The position numbers and the translations under genes were made by a program. Below, piece by piece: positions 24,908 to 34,350 of a stretch of 34,993 bases of DNA. This stretch comes from a virus (taxonomy: Duplodnaviria; Caudoviricetes). Numbering within the stretch: the stretch's first letter is position 1; each line of letters starts with the position of its first letter. The stretch is from positions 1-34,993 of IMG/VR virus record IMGVR_UViG_3300035561_000143. One strand, given 5' to 3'. The notes below the pieces were generated by a model that worked only from the letters and a program-made list of their open reading frames with translations, was not told the DNA's origin and made no database searches.

Positions 24908-25618
24908 ATGGGAATCGGTGGGGTACTGGGTGTAGTGCCTGCGAGGGGTGGAAGCAAGGGGTTGCCGAGGAAGAACGTGCGGGTGGTGGGGGGTCATCCG
25001 TTGTTTACGTGGTCGGTATGGCAGGGTTTATCGAGTCGGTGGTTGGACCGGGTGGTAGTGAGCACGGAGGATGGAGAGGTAGCGGAGGTATGTGAGAGGT
25101 ACGGATATGAGGTAGTGGAGAGGCCGAAGGAGTTGGCCAGTGATGTAGCGCGGATAGAGGAGGTAGCGATAGATGCGGTGAGGGTGGTGGATGGGGAGTG
25201 GAAGTATGTGGTGATACTGCAGCCGACGTGTCCGTTGCGGGAGGTTTCGGAGATAGACAGGTGTGTGGAGCGGTGTGTGAAGGGTGATATGGCGTCGGTG
25301 AGCACTATAGCCCAGCACAACGAGCATCCGATGAAGAGTCTTCACATGCTTGAAAGTGGTGAGATAGTGCCTTATTTCGGGGCTGAGTATCTGAATGCTC
25401 CAAGGCAGACCCTTCCCAGGTTTTACAAGCAGACTGGCAGTGTATATGTGAACAGGGTGGCGGATTTAGTGAAGGCCGGGGGTCAGAGGGCGCTCATAGC
25501 CCCTTGGCAGCCGCTTATCACGAAGAACAAGCACATCGACATAGACGACGAACTGGACCTTGAGGTGGTTGATTTCCTTCTGTACAGGAAGGGGTGGAGT
25601 CAGTCTTGGCAAAGTTGA
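24908..25618 (+). CDS. Acylneuraminate cytidylyltransferase (CMP-nonulosonate synthetase, NeuA/PseF family)
   Basis: PARGGSKGLPRKN, VVVSTED, RPKELASD, LQPTCPLR, TGSVY, IDIDDELD. Confidence 0.92.
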   Translation: MGIGGVLGVVPARGGSKGLPRKNVRVVGGHPLFTWSVWQGLSSRWLDRVVVSTEDGEVAEVCERYGYEVVERPKELASDVARIEEVAIDAVRVVDGEWKYVVILQPTCPLREVSEIDRCVERCVKGDMASVSTIAQHNEHPMKSLHMLESGEIVPYFGAEYLNAPRQTLPRFYKQTGSVYVNRVADLVKAGGQRALIAPWQPLITKNKHIDIDDELDLEVVDFLLYRKGWSQSWQS

Positions 25619-26133
25619 AGCACGAGAGGCCGGAAGAGGCCGAGGCGTTCAGGCTCTACTACGAGATGGGGTCGAAAAGGAGCAGGGAGCGGGTAGCGGA
25701 GATGGTGGGCGTCCATCCCAACACCATCAAGAACTGGTCCAAGAGGCACGACTGGAATGAAAGGGTGAAGGTTCTGGACGAGCAGACGTCTACTGTCATT
25801 CTGACGGAGACCGCTCGTGCTACAGCTGTTATGAAGGAACAGACCAAGATGATAGCGCAGGAGTTGAAGGACGAGTTCTTTGAGCGGGTGAAGAACGGAG
25901 ATATAAAACTCAAGGGAGTAAGGGACTTTATAGATATAGACAAGCACGACCTTCTGGTGAGGGGAGAAGCGACAGAACGTCACGAGTCGGTGCGGGTCGA
26001 GCTGAAGGGTCACGTAAGGGACATGCTTGAGATTATGGGAAAAAAGGTGGCGGCAATGCCAAACGAGGACTTCATAGACGTGAAGTTTTCCATCACGAAT
26101 CCGGTGGAAGAGCATGATGTCCCCGAAGAGTAA
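25594..26133 (+). CDS. terS: Terminase small subunit
   Basis: N-terminal HTH (AFRLYYEMG..RS...VAEMVGV...TIKNWS....W), directly upstream of and overlapping TerL. Confidence 0.75.
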   Translation: MESVLAKLKHERPEEAEAFRLYYEMGSKRSRERVAEMVGVHPNTIKNWSKRHDWNERVKVLDEQTSTVILTETARATAVMKEQTKMIAQELKDEFFERVKNGDIKLKGVRDFIDIDKHDLLVRGEATERHESVRVELKGHVRDMLEIMGKKVAAMPNEDFIDVKFSITNPVEEHDVPEE

Positions 26134-27754
26134 CGAGTGGGGGGTGGTGCTCCAGCCCACGCGGGCCAAGGCCCACCTCTACTATAAGATGCTTCTGGAA
26201 GAGGCGGCCCTTACTGATGATGACGAGATAATAAACGGCGTCATGAGGGCGCTCGCTCTGGGCGACCTTTTCTTCCTCATGATTTACGTCCTGAAGATGG
26301 AATTTGCGGACATAGACTGGGTGTTCGACAGGGCGAGGGAGTACCAACTTGACTCCAACGGCTACTGCGACCTCTGGAGCCGTGAGCATTTCAAGTCCTC
26401 AATCATCACATTTGCCGGTACCATACAGGACGTCCTGCGTTATCCCGAAGAGACCAACGTCATATTCTCCGTGACCCGGCCTCTGGCGAAGCAGTTCCTC
26501 TTGCAGATAAAAAGGGAACTGGAAAAGAACGCCCTGCTGAAAATCCTCTTCCCCGACATCCTCTATGACAACCCTGAAAAGGAGTCGCTGAAGTGGTCCG
26601 AAGACGGCGGGCTTATTGTAAAGAGGAGTGGGAACCCGAAAGAGGCCACTCTGGAGGCGTGGGGGCTTGCCGACGACTCCCAGCCGACGTCCAAGCACTA
26701 CGACAGGATGATTTATGACGACGTTGTCACCGAAAAGTCGGTAACCAACCCGGAAATGATACAAAAAGCCACCGAGGGGGTCAGATTGTCCCTTAACTTG
26801 GGCAAAACGGACCCTAAAACCGGCCTCGACATCACCAAAAGACGTTTTATAGGTACGAGGTGGGACGCAAACGACACCTACGAGACCATTGTTTCGGAAG
26901 GCATAGCGAAGGAGCGCTCCAGGCCCGGCGTGATAATGAACGCCGACGGCACCATGCAGTCGATAGGCTACTGGAACATGGCCACAGTGGAGAAGAAGAG
27001 GCGAGATTTCGGTGAGTATATCTTCGCCTGTCAGATTCTGCTTGACCCAAAGTCCGCATCCAAGCACAAGTTCAGTCAGGACGACCTGCGGTTCTGGGAC
27101 GCAGAGACATACAGGAACCTGAACCTGTACCTAGTGGTGGATCCGGCGGGCTACAAGAAGAAAAAGGAGGACGACTATACAGTCTTCAACCTCTTCGGCG
27201 TGGACGAGATGGACAACCGCATGGTCATAAGGCTCGTCAGGGACAAACTCTCCCTGCCGGAACGCACCCAACTGATGTTCAACCTCATAAGGGAGTTCCC
27301 CAAGATAATCAGGGTTGGCTACGAAGAGATAGGGATGCAGTCGGACATCGAGCACATAGAGTACGTGAAGAAGCAAGAGAACTTCAGGTTCGAACTTATC
27401 CCGCTCGGGGCGAAGGGCAGGCTCATTCAGGGCAGACCTGCCAAGGGGAAGATAAACAAGAACGACGCCATAGCGTCTCTGGCAGGCCCGCTCTCTGAAC
27501 ATAAGATATGGCTTCCCTACCATTGCTGGCATACCGACCATACCGGGACTGAAAGGGACATGACTAGAGTATTCATCGACGAGGAATTCTCCAGATGGTA
27601 TCCGGGCGCTCAGTGCCACGATGACATGCTTGACACATTGCACATGATGTATCACGATGATATGGGCATCAAAGTTCCAAATTTGCGTGACCGGCGACGC
27701 GAAAAGACGCAAAAACGGGCGATTATGAGGGTGCCCCTGCTTCACAGAACATAA
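26114..27754 (+). CDS. terL: Terminase large subunit
   Basis: Deviant Walker A SREHFKSS, Walker B MIYDD, coupling motif IGTRW, nuclease VVDPA...DYT...HDDMLD. Confidence 0.92.
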   Translation: MMSPKSNEWGVVLQPTRAKAHLYYKMLLEEAALTDDDEIINGVMRALALGDLFFLMIYVLKMEFADIDWVFDRAREYQLDSNGYCDLWSREHFKSSIITFAGTIQDVLRYPEETNVIFSVTRPLAKQFLLQIKRELEKNALLKILFPDILYDNPEKESLKWSEDGGLIVKRSGNPKEATLEAWGLADDSQPTSKHYDRMIYDDVVTEKSVTNPEMIQKATEGVRLSLNLGKTDPKTGLDITKRRFIGTRWDANDTYETIVSEGIAKERSRPGVIMNADGTMQSIGYWNMATVEKKRRDFGEYIFACQILLDPKSASKHKFSQDDLRFWDAETYRNLNLYLVVDPAGYKKKKEDDYTVFNLFGVDEMDNRMVIRLVRDKLSLPERTQLMFNLIREFPKIIRVGYEEIGMQSDIEHIEYVKKQENFRFELIPLGAKGRLIQGRPAKGKINKNDAIASLAGPLSEHKIWLPYHCWHTDHTGTERDMTRVFIDEEFSRWYPGAQCHDDMLDTLHMMYHDDMGIKVPNLRDRRREKTQKRAIMRVPLLHRT

Positions 27755-27767
27755 ATTGGAGGTGGTA

Positions 27768-28037
27768 ATGATGTCTGGAATCTTTGAATGGCTTCCTCAG
27801 ATTCTTGGTTGGGGCACTTCTGCCGCGGGCATATATTCTGCTGTCAAGACGCAGGAAATGCCCAAACCCCCAGCAAACACCGAAAGGAAACCGCCCGAAG
27901 AGGGTGGGCCGACCGAGATGGAGCGGGAGCGACTGCGCTCAAGAAGGCGCAGGGGGCTTCTTGAGAATATAGCGACAGGCGGTGGAGGTCTTTCTGGCCC
28001 GGCAAGTGTCGGCAAAAAACGGCTTCTAGGAGAGTAG
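27768..28037 (+). CDS. Small pre-portal virion protein (T7 gp7.3-like position)
   Basis: RRRG...IATGGGGL...KKRLLG tail typical of this position. Confidence 0.6.
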   Translation: MMSGIFEWLPQILGWGTSAAGIYSAVKTQEMPKPPANTERKPPEEGGPTEMERERLRSRRRRGLLENIATGGGGLSGPASVGKKRLLGE

Positions 28038-28046
28038 GCGATTCCT

Positions 28047-29729
28047 ATGACAGAAGCAGGGGCGCAGAAGAGGGGGGTCGTTAAGGCCCCTAGCATTGAC
28101 GTCGATGCCGCTATCCGCAAACTGAACAACCTCAAGACGGCGAGAGCGGGTTGGGAACCGACATGGCGAGATATCGCCACCTATATTCTTCCCCGCAGGA
28201 CGATGGACGACACGAACAAACCAGAGGGGAAAGACCTGCGCCACGGCATGTTCGATTCCGCTGCGGAGAAGGCCAACAACCGGCTCGCTTCTGTCATCGC
28301 TTCAATGCTTACCGGCACATCCACGAAGTGGTTCATCCCCAAGATAATCTTCGATGACGGGCAGGCCATCAAAGACAAGACGGTCAACGACATATTGCAG
28401 AGGTATTCCGAAACCATCCGGGACATAGCGCTCGACTACATCAACGACTCCAACTTCACCCAGTCCGCCGACGAACTCTATCTGGACATGGGCGGGATAG
28501 GCACAGGAATCATGCTTATCCTAGAGAGCAAGTCGAAGAGGAAGCCGTTATTGTTCAAGACCCTTCCGATAGGCGAGTGTTACGTTGCCGAGGACGCTGA
28601 CGGGATAATCAACACCCTGTACAGGGTATATTCAGAGGAACTGTCCAAACTAGTGGAGGAGTTCGGACTCGACGCTCTTAGCGAGGGGAGCAGGGCCAAG
28701 TTCCAACAGAACCCGCAGGAGAAAATAGAGATACTCCACGTAATAGAACCTCGCTTGTTCTGGGCCAATAAGCCTAGGTCAAGCAGGGAGTATCCTGTTG
28801 CCTCGGTCTACATCGAGGTATCAACAAAGCACGTCCTTTCAGAAAGCGGGTTCAAGAGTTTCCCGGTAGTCTGCCCCAGATGGAGAAAGGCTTCCGGTGA
28901 AAGTTACGGGCGAGGTCCCGGACACGAAGCGCTTGCCGACATCAAGACCCTTAATGAACTGGTATTCACGTATCTTAATGTGGGGCACAGAGCCATAGAG
29001 CCACCCCTCGATGTGGAAGAGGACTCCTATATCGGTCCTCTTGACCTGTCTCCGCTTGCCGTGAACATCAGGCAGAGGGGGCACGAACCAGCCAGGCCGC
29101 TGGTGACAAACGTCACCTCTCAGGCAGACATTCACTTTCTTGTGGAGCGGTATTCCAACTCGGTGAGGGAGTCATTTTTCTGGCACAACCTGACCCTTGT
29201 TGAGAACGACCGCATGACAGCCACCGAGGTGATACAGAGGACCACGGAGAATCTGAGGGTTCTTGGTCCGACTTTCGGGCGTTTCATGACGGAGTTTCTG
29301 GAGCCTCTGGTTAGAAGGGTGCTCGCTATTCTTGCCGACAAGAGGCTTCTCCCTGATCCTCCGTTGGAACTTTCGGGTCTGGACTACAGGGTAGAGTACG
29401 AATCCCCGCTTGCGAGGGCGATGAGGGCCTCCGACCTTCAGGCTATTGAAAGGTCCATCATGACAGTGGCTCCTATTCTCCAAATCAAACCAGACGTCAT
29501 AGACAACGTGAACCTCGACGACGTTACGAGAGACGTGTTCCTGCTCAACGGCGTTTCGGCTCACAGGCTTCTTAGCCACAAGCAGGTCGAGGCAATACGG
29601 GGGGAACGGGCCAAGATGATGGCTCAAGAGATGGCTTTGAGGCAGGCCGAACTTGCGGCGAAGACATCAAAGGACATGTCTCAAGCAGACCCTGAGGATG
29701 GGCTTTTGGGCATGGTTATGAGGAGGTAG
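28047..29729 (+). CDS. Portal (head-to-tail connector, T7 gp8 family)
   Basis: RW....GESYGRGPG..AL.DIKTLN, MTATEV..R, VEYESPLA. Confidence 0.95.
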   Translation: MTEAGAQKRGVVKAPSIDVDAAIRKLNNLKTARAGWEPTWRDIATYILPRRTMDDTNKPEGKDLRHGMFDSAAEKANNRLASVIASMLTGTSTKWFIPKIIFDDGQAIKDKTVNDILQRYSETIRDIALDYINDSNFTQSADELYLDMGGIGTGIMLILESKSKRKPLLFKTLPIGECYVAEDADGIINTLYRVYSEELSKLVEEFGLDALSEGSRAKFQQNPQEKIEILHVIEPRLFWANKPRSSREYPVASVYIEVSTKHVLSESGFKSFPVVCPRWRKASGESYGRGPGHEALADIKTLNELVFTYLNVGHRAIEPPLDVEEDSYIGPLDLSPLAVNIRQRGHEPARPLVTNVTSQADIHFLVERYSNSVRESFFWHNLTLVENDRMTATEVIQRTTENLRVLGPTFGRFMTEFLEPLVRRVLAILADKRLLPDPPLELSGLDYRVEYESPLARAMRASDLQAIERSIMTVAPILQIKPDVIDNVNLDDVTRDVFLLNGVSAHRLLSHKQVEAIRGERAKMMAQEMALRQAELAAKTSKDMSQADPEDGLLGMVMRR

Positions 29730-29737
29730 GTGGGGTT

Positions 29738-29950
29738 TTGTCAGCAGGCGACATGAAGATTCTGTACACGCAGGTTTTCGGAGGGCTTACGGGCGAGAAG
29801 GTTCTCGGTGACCTAGAGCGCAGGTTCTGGGACGACATGGAAATGTTCGCGTTGGGCGAGAAGCCCGAAACATTGTTTTACAGGGAAGGGCAAAGAAGCG
29901 TCATTAAGTTCATCCAGAGGATGATTAAGGAGGGGAAGACCCGTGTTTGA
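29738..29950 (+). CDS. Bbp19-like small protein
   Basis: Y..VF....GEKVL.DL...F...REGQRSV..FI between portal and scaffold. Confidence 0.75.
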   Translation: MSAGDMKILYTQVFGGLTGEKVLGDLERRFWDDMEMFALGEKPETLFYREGQRSVIKFIQRMIKEGKTRV

Positions 29951-30818
29951 GCGGACAATCAGAGAAATCAACCTCCAACTGTTTGCAGAAGGAGACCCGC
30001 CAGCAGAAGGAGAACCGAAGCCGGGATTGAGTAAGCCCGAACCGCCCGCCGCACAGCCGTTTCATGAAAGCCTTGCGGAAGAGTTCAGGGGCGTATCGGC
30101 ACTCCAGAAGTTCAACGACGTAAACGGACTTGCCAAGAGTTATCTTGAACTTGAGAGACTTCTTGGCTACGAGAAAATCCCCATGCCCAAGGCGGACGCA
30201 AAACCCGAAGAATGGGAATCGGTATGGTCAAGATTAGGCAAACCCCAGAAGCCGGAGGAGTACAAGTTTGAAAGCATACCGGCAGAAGAAGCAAAAAAGA
30301 TTGACCCCAAGTTCCTCGAAATGGTTAAACCGCTTCTTCATGAGGCCAACCTGACGCAGAAGCAGGCGGACGTGGTGGTGTCCAAGTTCATAGAAATGGA
30401 CAAAGCCATGATGGGCGACCTCCAGAAAGCGCTTCAGGCAGAGGTTGAGGAAGGGTGGACAAGCCTTAAAAAGGACTGGGGCAACGCCTACGAGTCCATG
30501 AAGGAGTCCGCTAATCTTGCTCTTGATTCCACCAAAATTGAAGGTGTGTGGGATTGGGCAGAGCGGGCAGGAGTAATCAACGACCCCATGTTTGCTAGGA
30601 TAATGGCCCACTTTGGGCAGGGTTTGTCAGAAGATGTCTTGCGTGGCGGAGGAAGAAGTGTTACGCTCACTCCCAAGGGCGCTGAAACGGAATACAACAT
30701 GTTGATGAGTAATAAGGAAAAACGTGAAGCGTACCTGAAGGGCGACAAGGCTCTTGTGGCACAGGTAACGGAACTTATGAAACAAATGGCAGGTGACGAA
30801 CCAGCCGATTTGGGTTAA
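29943..30818 (+). CDS. Capsid scaffolding protein
   Basis: LAKSY.ELE..LG, LGKP..PEEY, LKKDWG; position before the capsid gene; NLQLFA N-terminal motif. Confidence 0.85.
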   Translation: MFERTIREINLQLFAEGDPPAEGEPKPGLSKPEPPAAQPFHESLAEEFRGVSALQKFNDVNGLAKSYLELERLLGYEKIPMPKADAKPEEWESVWSRLGKPQKPEEYKFESIPAEEAKKIDPKFLEMVKPLLHEANLTQKQADVVVSKFIEMDKAMMGDLQKALQAEVEEGWTSLKKDWGNAYESMKESANLALDSTKIEGVWDWAERAGVINDPMFARIMAHFGQGLSEDVLRGGGRSVTLTPKGAETEYNMLMSNKEKREAYLKGDKALVAQVTELMKQMAGDEPADLG

Positions 30819-30830
30819 CAGGCAACAGGG

Positions 30831-30935
30831 ACAATTCCCTCCTTGTGGGGAACCCCGAAGGGATGCACCACGGGTTCCGTAAGGGTAAACCCGGCAAAAA
30901 GTATGATTCTAACTTTTTGGCAAGGAGGGATTTGT
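30831..30935 (+). ncRNA. Candidate structured cis-regulatory RNA in the capsid gene leader
   Basis: 14 of 15 bp closing stem covering SD AAGGAGGG, enclosing three internal hairpins. Confidence 0.6.
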
Positions 30936-30936
30936 T

Positions 30937-31821
30937 ATGTCCGTACAGATTACGACCGCAATGGTCAAACAGTACCACGCGAATGTCACTCTCCAACTCC
31001 AGCAGACGAACTCCAGATTCTCGCCCTACGTTCTCAACGACACCCTTACTGGCGAGTATGGGTTCTATGATCAGATTGGCGCAACTGCGGCACAGAAGAA
31101 AACCACCCGTCACGGCCCGACCCCGTTGGTCAGTACCCCCCATGCAAGGCGCAGGGTTACAGGCTACCCCTATGAATGGGCAGACCTTATCGACAGGCCA
31201 GACATCACTCGCCTGCTCACCGACCCTACATCGGCGTATGTTTTGAACGCCGTAGCCGCCATGATGAGGTCTATGGACGACGAGATAATTGCAGCCGCAG
31301 ACGGGACCGCTTACACCGGAAAGGATGGCGGGACTTCAACTTCTTTTGATTCCAACATGATAGTTCCCGTAACCATCAACAATGACGGAACCTCTGCGAC
31401 CACGGGTATAAACCTCACGAAGGTGCGTTATGCCGCTAAACTTCTCAACGCAAACGAAGTCGAGAAAGAAGACCGGTTCCTCGCCATCAGTGCCGAACAG
31501 CAGGACGAACTTCTTGCCGAGACGAAACTGGTAAGCAGGGACTACGTGGGTAACTACGTCATCGAAGAGGGAAGGCTGACTCGCATCATGGGCTTTACGC
31601 TCGTTGATAGCGAGAGGCTCGGCCTGACAAGCACTAACAGGAAGTGTCTCTTCTGGCAGAAGAATGGAATCCTTCTGGCGAAGAATGACGACATCATGGT
31701 CGATGTCGGCGTAAGGCGCGACCTGTCCCTCTCCAAGCAGGTTTTCGTTTCGATGGACATTGGGGCGACCCGTATGGACGAGAAGAGGGTTGGCTATATC
31801 CTCTCCTCCGAAGCAGCGTAG
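30937..31821 (+). CDS. Major capsid protein
   Basis: QY..NV...LQQ..SR, TPHARR, DLID..D, A.MR.MD.EII.A, GATRMDEK. Confidence 0.92.
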   Translation: MSVQITTAMVKQYHANVTLQLQQTNSRFSPYVLNDTLTGEYGFYDQIGATAAQKKTTRHGPTPLVSTPHARRRVTGYPYEWADLIDRPDITRLLTDPTSAYVLNAVAAMMRSMDDEIIAAADGTAYTGKDGGTSTSFDSNMIVPVTINNDGTSATTGINLTKVRYAAKLLNANEVEKEDRFLAISAEQQDELLAETKLVSRDYVGNYVIEEGRLTRIMGFTLVDSERLGLTSTNRKCLFWQKNGILLAKNDDIMVDVGVRRDLSLSKQVFVSMDIGATRMDEKRVGYILSSEAA

Positions 31822-31853
31822 TTTGGGGAAGAGAGATAAGGAGGTAAAGTGAT

Positions 31854-32261
31854 ATGTCTGCTGTCAAAGGAGTAAACTACACGCTTTTTGCGGCCGGAAC
31901 CATTCTCGACCCCGGTGCATGGGGAAGCAGGGTACAACTCATGTACGACGAGTACGAGGCTTCCGGCCTCACAGCCGCCTCTACCATCACTGTCGGTGTT
32001 CTCCCGGCAGGGGCGAGGCTTCTTCCGCAGAGCATGATAATGACCGATGCTCTTGGGACGGCCAGAACTCTTGCTCTCGGTGATGGGACTACCGCCAACA
32101 AGTTCATGGCCGCCACTTCCGTCGCCGCCGCTGGTTCGGTGTGGCTTACGGCGATAGACCAACTAGGCGTCAGGCTTGCCGCTTCGACGAACATGGTTCT
32201 TACCATCGCCGGGGGCACCGGCACCGGCACAATCAAGTCGTTCATCTTTTACGCTCTCTAG
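31854..32261 (+). CDS. Probable capsid decoration/cement protein
   Basis: Small Ala/Gly/Thr-rich beta protein (LPAGAR) directly after the capsid gene. Confidence 0.6.
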   Translation: MSAVKGVNYTLFAAGTILDPGAWGSRVQLMYDEYEASGLTAASTITVGVLPAGARLLPQSMIMTDALGTARTLALGDGTTANKFMAATSVAAAGSVWLTAIDQLGVRLAASTNMVLTIAGGTGTGTIKSFIFYAL

Positions 32262-32291
32262 GGGAGGGGGGGTCTCCCCCTCCCACCCCTT
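32260..32291 (+). terminator. G/C hairpin after the head genes (no clear U-tract)
   Basis: GGGAGGGGG pairs with CCCCCTCCC. Confidence 0.4.
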
Positions 32292-32312
32292 ATAAACAAA
32301 GGGGGTCATGGC

Positions 32313-33857
32313 ATGACCATACAGAACACCGATAATCGTGTCCAGATGGTGGGGGATGGGTCAACGAAACAGTTTGACTTCTCATTCCCCATCATTCATA
32401 AATCCAACCTGAAAGTGTATGTTGATGACGCGTTGCAGACGCTTGATTCGGCATATTCCGTGTTGTCTGACACGCTTTACCCCGATGGCGTTACTTATGA
32501 TTTTCGTGATGGCGGTTATGTGCTTTTTGAGGACGCCGATACCCCGGAAGATGGGGTGCTTGTAACGATAATCCGTGAGATTGAACCTACTCAAGGGATA
32601 GACCTTGTGCCCGGTGGCGCTATGCCTGCGGAAGTGCTGGAACAAGGTCTCGATAAACTCACCATGCTAATCCAGCAGGTTGTAAGCGCTTGTGTAAAAA
32701 TATCCCCCTTGACTGCCCCGGAAAACACTAATGTTGAACTCCCGATTGCAGAAGCCGGTAAGTCGATAGGCTGGGATGACAACGGAGAAGGTCTTGTTAA
32801 TCTCACTTACCCTTATCTGAAAATCCAGTATTCGGAAGACGGCGAATCATGGCACGATGAACCAGAGGTCACAGATAGTTACATAAGGCTTTCGCTCGAT
32901 AACGGGGAAACGTGGACTGACGAGATATTTGTCAGGGCAGGAACTATTATTCTTGCAGAATTCAGCGGTGACGACATTGTCTTCACCAAAGACGACACTT
33001 CAACGGTAATTCTTGGAAATGCGAAAATAACGCTTCGTGGTCCAATTGGTCCGACCGGCGCAGATGGCATCGACGGCGAACTTGTCATGCTTCGCAAGGG
33101 AGATACCCACGTTCAGTGGAAATACGAGTCTGATGAACTGTGGACTGACATCGTTGCCCTTGATGATCTGAAAGGGGCTACAGGCGAACAGGTTCTGCTC
33201 CGAAAGACCGATACTCATATCCAATGGAAATATGAATTGGCCCCCGAATGGACAAACCTTATTGCCTTATCAGAGATTAAAGGCGATAAAGGCGATAAGG
33301 GCGACAAGGGTGATGTCGGGGATAATGCCCCTAAGGTCGAGTTTCAGTATTCTGTCGATGGATCTACGAATTGGCATTCGTCTTTCACTGAAGGAGATCT
33401 TTATTGCAGGATATCGACCGATGGAGGTTTCGCGTGGTCAGCTGCGATCAAGTTTGTGGGACTTGATGGTCAGGACGGTAACGATGGCACTGATGGTGCG
33501 GTCTGGTTGTCGGGGTCTGGAATCCCTGTTTATGATCTGGGTTCCGATGGTGATTTTTATCTGGACACTTCCAGTTGGGATGTTTACGAGAAGGCTTCCG
33601 GGTCGTGGTCCCTGCTGGGCAATATCAAGGGTGCCCCCGGCGAAGTGGTCGGCCCGGATTCTGCTGTGGCTGGCAATTTCCCTGTGTTCTCTGGGTCTTC
33701 TGGCAAGATTATTGCTGACTCTGGGGCGAAGCCAGCGGATTATGCTCTCACTGGGCATGACCATAGTCTCGATATAATAACAGAAACAGCAGAATTAAAA
33801 ATAATGACAGTTAACGAAAGAGACAAACTTGCAACGATAGGGGGCATACCAATATGA
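32313..33857 (+). CDS. Tail fibre (T7 gp17-like N-terminal adaptor, collagen-like segments)
   Basis: GDGSTKQFDFSFP, LKVYVD, LDKLTML.QQ; KGDKGDKGDKGD; duplicated TH.QWKY....WT....L...KG unit. Confidence 0.85.
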   Translation: MTIQNTDNRVQMVGDGSTKQFDFSFPIIHKSNLKVYVDDALQTLDSAYSVLSDTLYPDGVTYDFRDGGYVLFEDADTPEDGVLVTIIREIEPTQGIDLVPGGAMPAEVLEQGLDKLTMLIQQVVSACVKISPLTAPENTNVELPIAEAGKSIGWDDNGEGLVNLTYPYLKIQYSEDGESWHDEPEVTDSYIRLSLDNGETWTDEIFVRAGTIILAEFSGDDIVFTKDDTSTVILGNAKITLRGPIGPTGADGIDGELVMLRKGDTHVQWKYESDELWTDIVALDDLKGATGEQVLLRKTDTHIQWKYELAPEWTNLIALSEIKGDKGDKGDKGDVGDNAPKVEFQYSVDGSTNWHSSFTEGDLYCRISTDGGFAWSAAIKFVGLDGQDGNDGTDGAVWLSGSGIPVYDLGSDGDFYLDTSSWDVYEKASGSWSLLGNIKGAPGEVVGPDSAVAGNFPVFSGSSGKIIADSGAKPADYALTGHDHSLDIITETAELKIMTVNERDKLATIGGIPI

Positions 33858-34120
33858 GTGTAAACTCTGGTGTCAAGACAGCAACCCTAATCCCTTCGAC
33901 GGTGGGGGTGGCGACAGGAAGGAAATATTTGAGGCTCACGAATGAGTCCTTGGACATGCGATGCCGTGCTGGTGATTCAAACATTTCAAACACCGCCGGT
34001 ATAATCATCGAACCTGGGCAAACTGTCGAGTTTCGACCATTGCCGTCAGAAAACACGGAAATATATGTCATGTCAGAGGCGAAAGGCGTAAAACTTGCAT
34101 ATTATGAGGTGATAGCGTGA
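33854..34120 (+). CDS. Hypothetical tail-region protein
   Basis: ATGA coupling; beta-rich 88 aa. Confidence 0.65.
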   Translation: MSVNSGVKTATLIPSTVGVATGRKYLRLTNESLDMRCRAGDSNISNTAGIIIEPGQTVEFRPLPSENTEIYVMSEAKGVKLAYYEVIA

Positions 34121-34350
34121 TGCTATATGCAAAGACAATTATACAAAAAACAGAAAAGGTTAAAGGTGTCACGCAAATAACGCAAATAAACATTGATTTT
34201 TCTGATGAGAACGTTGATTTGCAAGGTTCTGTCAATGTTGTTGGGGAATGGGAACAATATTTACGTTCTTTTGAACAAGACATGCGAACCAACTTCAGAC
34301 GTTTGTTCCCAATGCCTGAGCATGAGCCAGTAGAAGGAGGAGAAGAATAA
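34117..34350 (+). CDS. Hypothetical tail-region protein
   Basis: GTGA and TAATG coupling on either side. Confidence 0.65.
   Translation: MMLYAKTIIQKTEKVKGVTQITQINIDFSDENVDLQGSVNVVGEWEQYLRSFEQDMRTNFRRLFPMPEHEPVEGGEE

Noticed and set aside
24338-24997. ORFs 24338-24637, 24355-24672, 24548-24997 and 24645-24875
   Set aside because: No convincing SD, Pro/Arg-rich composition driven by repeats, mutually overlapping; treated as non-coding.
30831-30935. tRNA gene (cloverleaf-like fold with GGTTC)
   Set aside because: No proper T-loop, D-loop or 7-nt anticodon loop; the closing stem is 15 bp and includes the SD.
33088-33320. Repeats in the tail fibre as DGR VR/TR or a regulatory array
   Set aside because: They are protein-level repeats (a duplicated ~33-aa unit and Gly-X-Y triplets) with differences not restricted to adenines.
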